NCBI GenBank assembly: GCA_010015585.1
Contig: ML975162.1
DNA: 64,000 nt
From: Eremomyces bilateralis CBS 781.70
Taxonomy: Eukaryota
Direction: 5' to 3' (one strand)
Of the stretch, positions 59,227 to 64,000 are shown piece by piece. The notes beneath the pieces are model-generated. The model made no database searches and was not told where the DNA came from. It was given only the letters and a program-made list of their open reading frames with translations. The stretch's first letter is position 1. The number at the start of each line of letters is the position of its first letter. Made by a program: the position numbers and the translations under genes.

Positions 59227-62200
59227 ATGGCTCATCTCCTACGCGGCAAGCAAGCCGGCGTTCAGAACGACTTCACAGCGGGGTTAAGCCCCGACCAAAT
59301 AAACATCGACGAAGTACGAGAGATTCATCACCTTCAGGTCCCAAATACTAACCAGACGATAGATCCAAAGATACGGAGTCGGCTCTCAAATCTCCCAAAT
59401 CGCTTATGATCCTGTCCAAGGCCTGATTGCCGTGGGCACGAACGATACGCAGTTTGGCCCCGGGCAGATCTACGTCTTTGGCCAGAGAAGGGTCGATGTC
59501 GTGCTCAACCTATCACGGAAGGGATCCGTTCGCATCTTGCAATTCTGTGCCGATAAGCTCATCTGCCTGGACAGTCGAAATGAGCTCTCAATCTTTTCGC
59601 TGGAAACCAAGCGGTTGGTAGCGGCGTATACCCCGCCGGGAGCGGTGGTGAGTGTGTATACCGATCCAGCGATTGACTTTGCGTTGCTGGGGATGCAGAA
59701 TGGTAGGTTGAGTTTAAATCTATTGGAATTGAAATTGAAATTGACATGCTACAGGCGAGGTACTCGCATACGATCTCGACAGAGAAGCGATGGCACCATT
59801 TAGGATCCCCAATCTCTGGCGTGAGAAGAATCCGAAGGCAAGGCTTTCTCCCGTGATAACATTACGCCTCCATCCCCGAGACATCGGCGCGCTTTTAATT
59901 GGTTATGCGGAAGGCGCCGTCATCTACTCGTTCAACCAGAGCAAAGCCGTCCGATTTTTCTACTATGAGCTCCCTCGTGGTGCTCCCGGCGGCGATCTCG
60001 ACCCCACGGCGATGAACATCGTCCGACGTCCGCAATTAACCCACGCCGTCTGGCATCCCACCGGCACATTTATCCTCACCGGCCACGCTGACGGCAGTCT
60101 GGTCTTCTGGGACGCCAAAGACGGCCGCATCGTCATGGCGCGCACGCTCGACGCCACGAACATCAACCAACCCCTCCGCAACCCCGGCTCCTCCATCTCC
60201 GACGGCATGGGCGCCCAAGAACCCATCACCGAGATAATCTGGTGCGCGAACCAAGACCCCGACGACACCGCGATCCTTATCTCCGGCGGAACCTCCAGCA
60301 TGATGCCCACCAAAGGCCTCACCCTCTTCGAGCTCGGCCGCACCCCCAACTACTCCACCTCCTCCTGGCCCGTCCTCGCCGCCCACTTCGAATCCCCCAA
60401 ACGCCAACGTCTCCTCCCCACCCCTCCCAATGCCTCCGTCCAACATATCTGCCTCGTCCCCCGCTCCTCCCCCCATTTCCACGGCGCCCAAGACCCCCTC
60501 GCCATCCTCGCGCTCCTCGCCTCCGGCGAGCTCATCTCCCTCAGCTTCCCCTCCGGCATCCCTATCTCCGCTACCAACCAGCTACACGTCTCCCTGAGCT
60601 TCGTGCACCCGTTCGTCACCGCCGTCAACCTCGCGCCCGTCGATCGCAACCGCTGGCTCGGGATGACGGAAAAGCGCTCGCGGGGGCCGCCGATGCTGCG
60701 CGGCGGGAAGGAGCAGATGCGGCCGCTGAAGCGGTTCGAGCACCGCAACGTGGTGCAGACGGCGCACGCGGACGGGACGGTACGGGTGTGGGATGCGGGG
60801 CATGGGGACGAGTTGGAGAACGACGGTGTGGTGCAAGCGGACGTGGGGCGGGCGGTGGGGCGGATGGATGATGTGGAGGTGGTGGTAACGAGCTTGGCGG
60901 GGGCGACGGGCGAGTTGGCGGCAGGGCTGAAGAGCGGGGAGGTGGTGGTGTTTCGGTGGAATTCGAATAAGCATCCGGGGAGGGAGGGGCGGGGAGGGGA
61001 GAATAAGGCGAGGGGGTTGACGGACGTGTTGGATCGGTGTGATCCGGCGTTGAGCGAGGGGTTGTTGCCGTTGACGTTATTTGATGGGCGGGATGGGCGG
61101 GTGACGGCGTTGGAGTTGTCGGATGTGGGGTTCGTGGCGGCGGCGTTTGAGGGTGGGAGTATGGTTGTCATCGATCTACGGGGCCCAGCAGTGATCTTCG
61201 ATGCGAAGTTGACCGAACTCGTGAGGCAGGACCGAAAGTCAAGTTTTAGGAGACATAGTCAGCAACCGGCCACGGCGGACTGGGCTACTAAGCTGGTGTT
61301 CAGCGTACGTCCCCTGAATCCCCCTCCATCCCTCTCCATCCATCGCTAACCCCATCAGGTCATGACCCTCGACCAAGAATCCTACTCCAGCATCCTCCTC
61401 CATGCCGGTACCCACCACGGCCACCTCCTCACCCTCCAAATTGTCCCCGATGCCTCCGGCCGCTACTCCGTCCACCCCGCCGGCCACCTCTCCCTCGACT
61501 CCCCCGTCGTCTCCATCTCCCCCCTGCACGCCAACACCGGCTCCCCCGCGCTCGCCACCCAATCCGCCGTCGCAGGCCTCCGCAACGGCGCCAAGACCCC
61601 TGGCGTGCTCCTCGTCGTCACACAGGGTGGCGCACGCCTGTTCCGCCCGGCGACCAGCAAGGGCGCGTCGAAGAGCTGGGATGATTTCTATGTGTATTCG
61701 GCGGCGGTGGCGCGCTGGGATGAAGGAAAGTGGGCACTCGTGTGCTTGTGTGGGGACGGGGTCGCGCGGGTGTATTCGATCCCGGCGCTGAAGGAGGTGG
61801 GTGGGGTGAGGGTAGGGAACGTGTTGGATGTGAAGCGGATGGGGCAAGCGTGCGTGACGCGGACGGGGGATGTGTTGGGGTGGACGGGGCCGTCGGAGAT
61901 GGCGTTGTTGACGGTGTTTGGGAGCGGGCTGCCGCTGTGAGTTGTCCTCCGTATATAGAACAGAACTTCCGCTGACTGAGTAACAGGAACCGCTCGAGAG
62001 ACGTTATCTTTGACCCCGAAGCTCTCATCCCCCCCCGCCCTACCATCTCCAACCTCCAATGGATCTCCGGAACCCAACACGTCACCCCCTCCGACATCGA
62101 CATCCTCAGTACGTCTCCCCTCCTGTTATTCCCCACCCACTAACCCCCTCAGTCGGCGGCCCCGACCGGCCCCCATCTCGACGCATGGTCGCCCAAGCGC

Positions 62201-62510
62201 GGGCCGACCAAGAAGCCGCACGCTCCGCGACGCGCAACCGGGCCGCCGCGGCCACGCTCCCGACGAACCAGAACGACGAGGGCTACTGGGAGTATATGCA
62301 GCGGCAGATCAACGAGCGGACGGAGAAGTTGGGGATCGTGGGGGATAGCGTGAATCGGCTGGAGGAGACGAGCGCGGGGTGGGCGGATGATGTGAGTAAG
62401 TATGTGCAGCGGCAGAAGCGGAATATGGTGATGGGCGGTGAGTATATTCCTTGATAAGATGGATTGAAGGTTACTGATAAGATATAGCGGTGAAATCGAA
62501 GTTCGGTTGA
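59227..62510 (+). CDS. SRO7: Sro7/tomosyn (lethal giant larvae-like) WD40 exocytosis protein, multi-exon
   Basis: MAHLLRGKQAGVQNDF, AYDPVQGLIAVGT…GQIYVFGQ, LHPRDIGALLIGY, WHPTGTFILTGHADGSLVFWD, SDVGFVAAAFEGG, and a C-terminal R-SNARE-like helix QRQINERTEKLGIVGDSVNRLEETSAGW; stop 62508-62510. Confidence 0.93.
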
Positions 62511-62967
62511 GGTGAGGTTGGATGACGGTCACGGCCAGTCTAAAGTTTATGAGATGGAAAAGGATCGTTAGGATTCGGCGGGCATATTTTGATGGCCTAT
62601 ATGTTACACTTATGACAGCTCTATGGACGCTTCATTTCTCAATTGGCCACAGTATTCTGGCGCACCCAGTCGGTCTGTCCTACAGGCCAAATCCCCGTTT
62701 TGAAGACTCCTGATGGTTGCAGTGCGTTCCACTAAACCTATATCTTGTTCCCCAACAGATTAAGCCAAGGAGATCCGATACGGTACATACTACACGGCAG
62801 GTCTGTTGGAAGGTCTATGAACAGTAACTGATTCTCTGGCCATGAGGACGAGGGATTCTCGATGATAAGGGATTTAACCCTTCTTTTGAGAGCGAGATAC
62901 GCTAATTGTGTGATGGGTTTGCCCCCAAGGAGAGAAAGTATTCCGCATTTTGAAAATTCGAATAAGG

Positions 62968-62995
62968 GGTAGACTCTAAGAGGTAGACTCTAAGA
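62968..62995. repeat. 14-bp tandem duplication GGTAGACTCTAAGA x2
   Basis: Exact duplication read directly in intergenic DNA. Confidence 0.8.
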
Positions 62996-64000
62996 GGAAG
63001 CTGGATATGGGTATATAGTGAGGACAAGTCTTGAGGCAGGGAAGCAGAGTGAAAGGGATCCAGTGGTTGTAAGATGATACTCTAACCCTATAGTTAACTA
63101 CCGAAGTCCGTCGTTAGTACTCGTTACCCATCACTAGCAATGGTGACGTACTATCATTCCAGGTTTCATGGCACATCATCCACCGACCTATTATTAATTT
63201 TCTTACCGTAGATATGACCCCTGCCGTACTTCCAGACCATCCATCCGCCTTCCCCCAGTTACAAGCAAATCAAACATGATGGCTTCCCCTGCCATGGAGA
63301 AGCATCCCTTGTGACACGCGAATGCGGAGAATGCGGAGAGAGGCACAATTGCGGATCGATGATTGCTCGGAACCCCTTCCCCAGAGTCTGTCTGATCTGG
63401 ATTTTATCGGCTTATCAGGTGCTATCAGATCGGTAATTGGCGGCCGGAGGGACCAGATTCCAGGAGGTTTCAAAGGGGTGACAATCACTTGACATCAGCA
63501 TTTGCAATTGAACCGACGCTAGCCACCAGCGAATCCGCGCATCGCTCGCACCGCCATCGATAAACAACGGAACCGATGCGAATCTCCGAACGGATTCACC
63601 GCAGGGAGCGGAATGGTGTCCACCTGTACATCATTGCGTAGGGCGCGGTGTTTTTGGTCCGGCCCAACGGTAGTGCCTGGTCTGGCACCAAATGGGGAAT
63701 GTCGTTAAAATGATCAAACCCCCATTCCTTTATAGAAATTCCATCCATTCCGTGCCACCCTTTCATTCAGATATCTCGATCCATTGGATGATTGCGTGCA
63801 AAATCCGATTCACAGACCAAATCACCGATTATCTATTATTTGAATAATCCAATTGATTACTCAGCTCACTGCCACACGTCATGGCTCCCCCGCCATCAGC
63901 CATCTCCATGGAGGGGTTGGACGACACCACCGCCGCCCCATTCCCCAACCCGTTGACGCTGCCATTGGAGGTCAACGACATTTTTGGGCGCCGGAATAAG

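Noticed and set aside
63115..63153. Imperfect intergenic hairpin TAGTAC…GTTAC/GTGAC…GTACTA with a nearby single CTAACCCTA telomere-like word
   Set aside because: Isolated and short, with no box motifs or repeat array; compatible with chance.

Overview
Gene-dense chromosomal segment from a filamentous ascomycete (Pezizomycotina, inferred from short GT-AG introns with CTRAY branch sites and the gene content). It carries about 20 protein-coding loci, mostly housekeeping: a spartin/senescence-domain gene (cut by the window edge), a Trk K+ transporter, a TPR/F-box/LRR protein, urease, a Nit3-type amidase, SWD1, RPB1, HRD3/SEL1, THG1, an atypical SDR, eIF3d, RPB4, a LIM-RhoGAP, SLA1, ASF1 and SRO7/tomosyn. 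Accessory material includes a HET-domain gene, a frameshifted zf-PARP-like locus, several orphan ORFs and a gene-poor ~6.8 kb stretch. I could not support any rRNA, tRNA, CRISPR array or intact transposon. The most interesting signals are: (1) a 385-nt urease intron packed with hairpins and Pol III-like promoter/terminator motifs, with an 8-bp direct repeat whose removal restores a normal 71-nt intron; (2) repeated C-rich to G-rich compositional switches written into synonymous sites of several genes; (3) substitutions at normally very conserved RPB1 trigger-loop and switch-1 positions. All exon boundaries and pairings were read by eye and are unverified.
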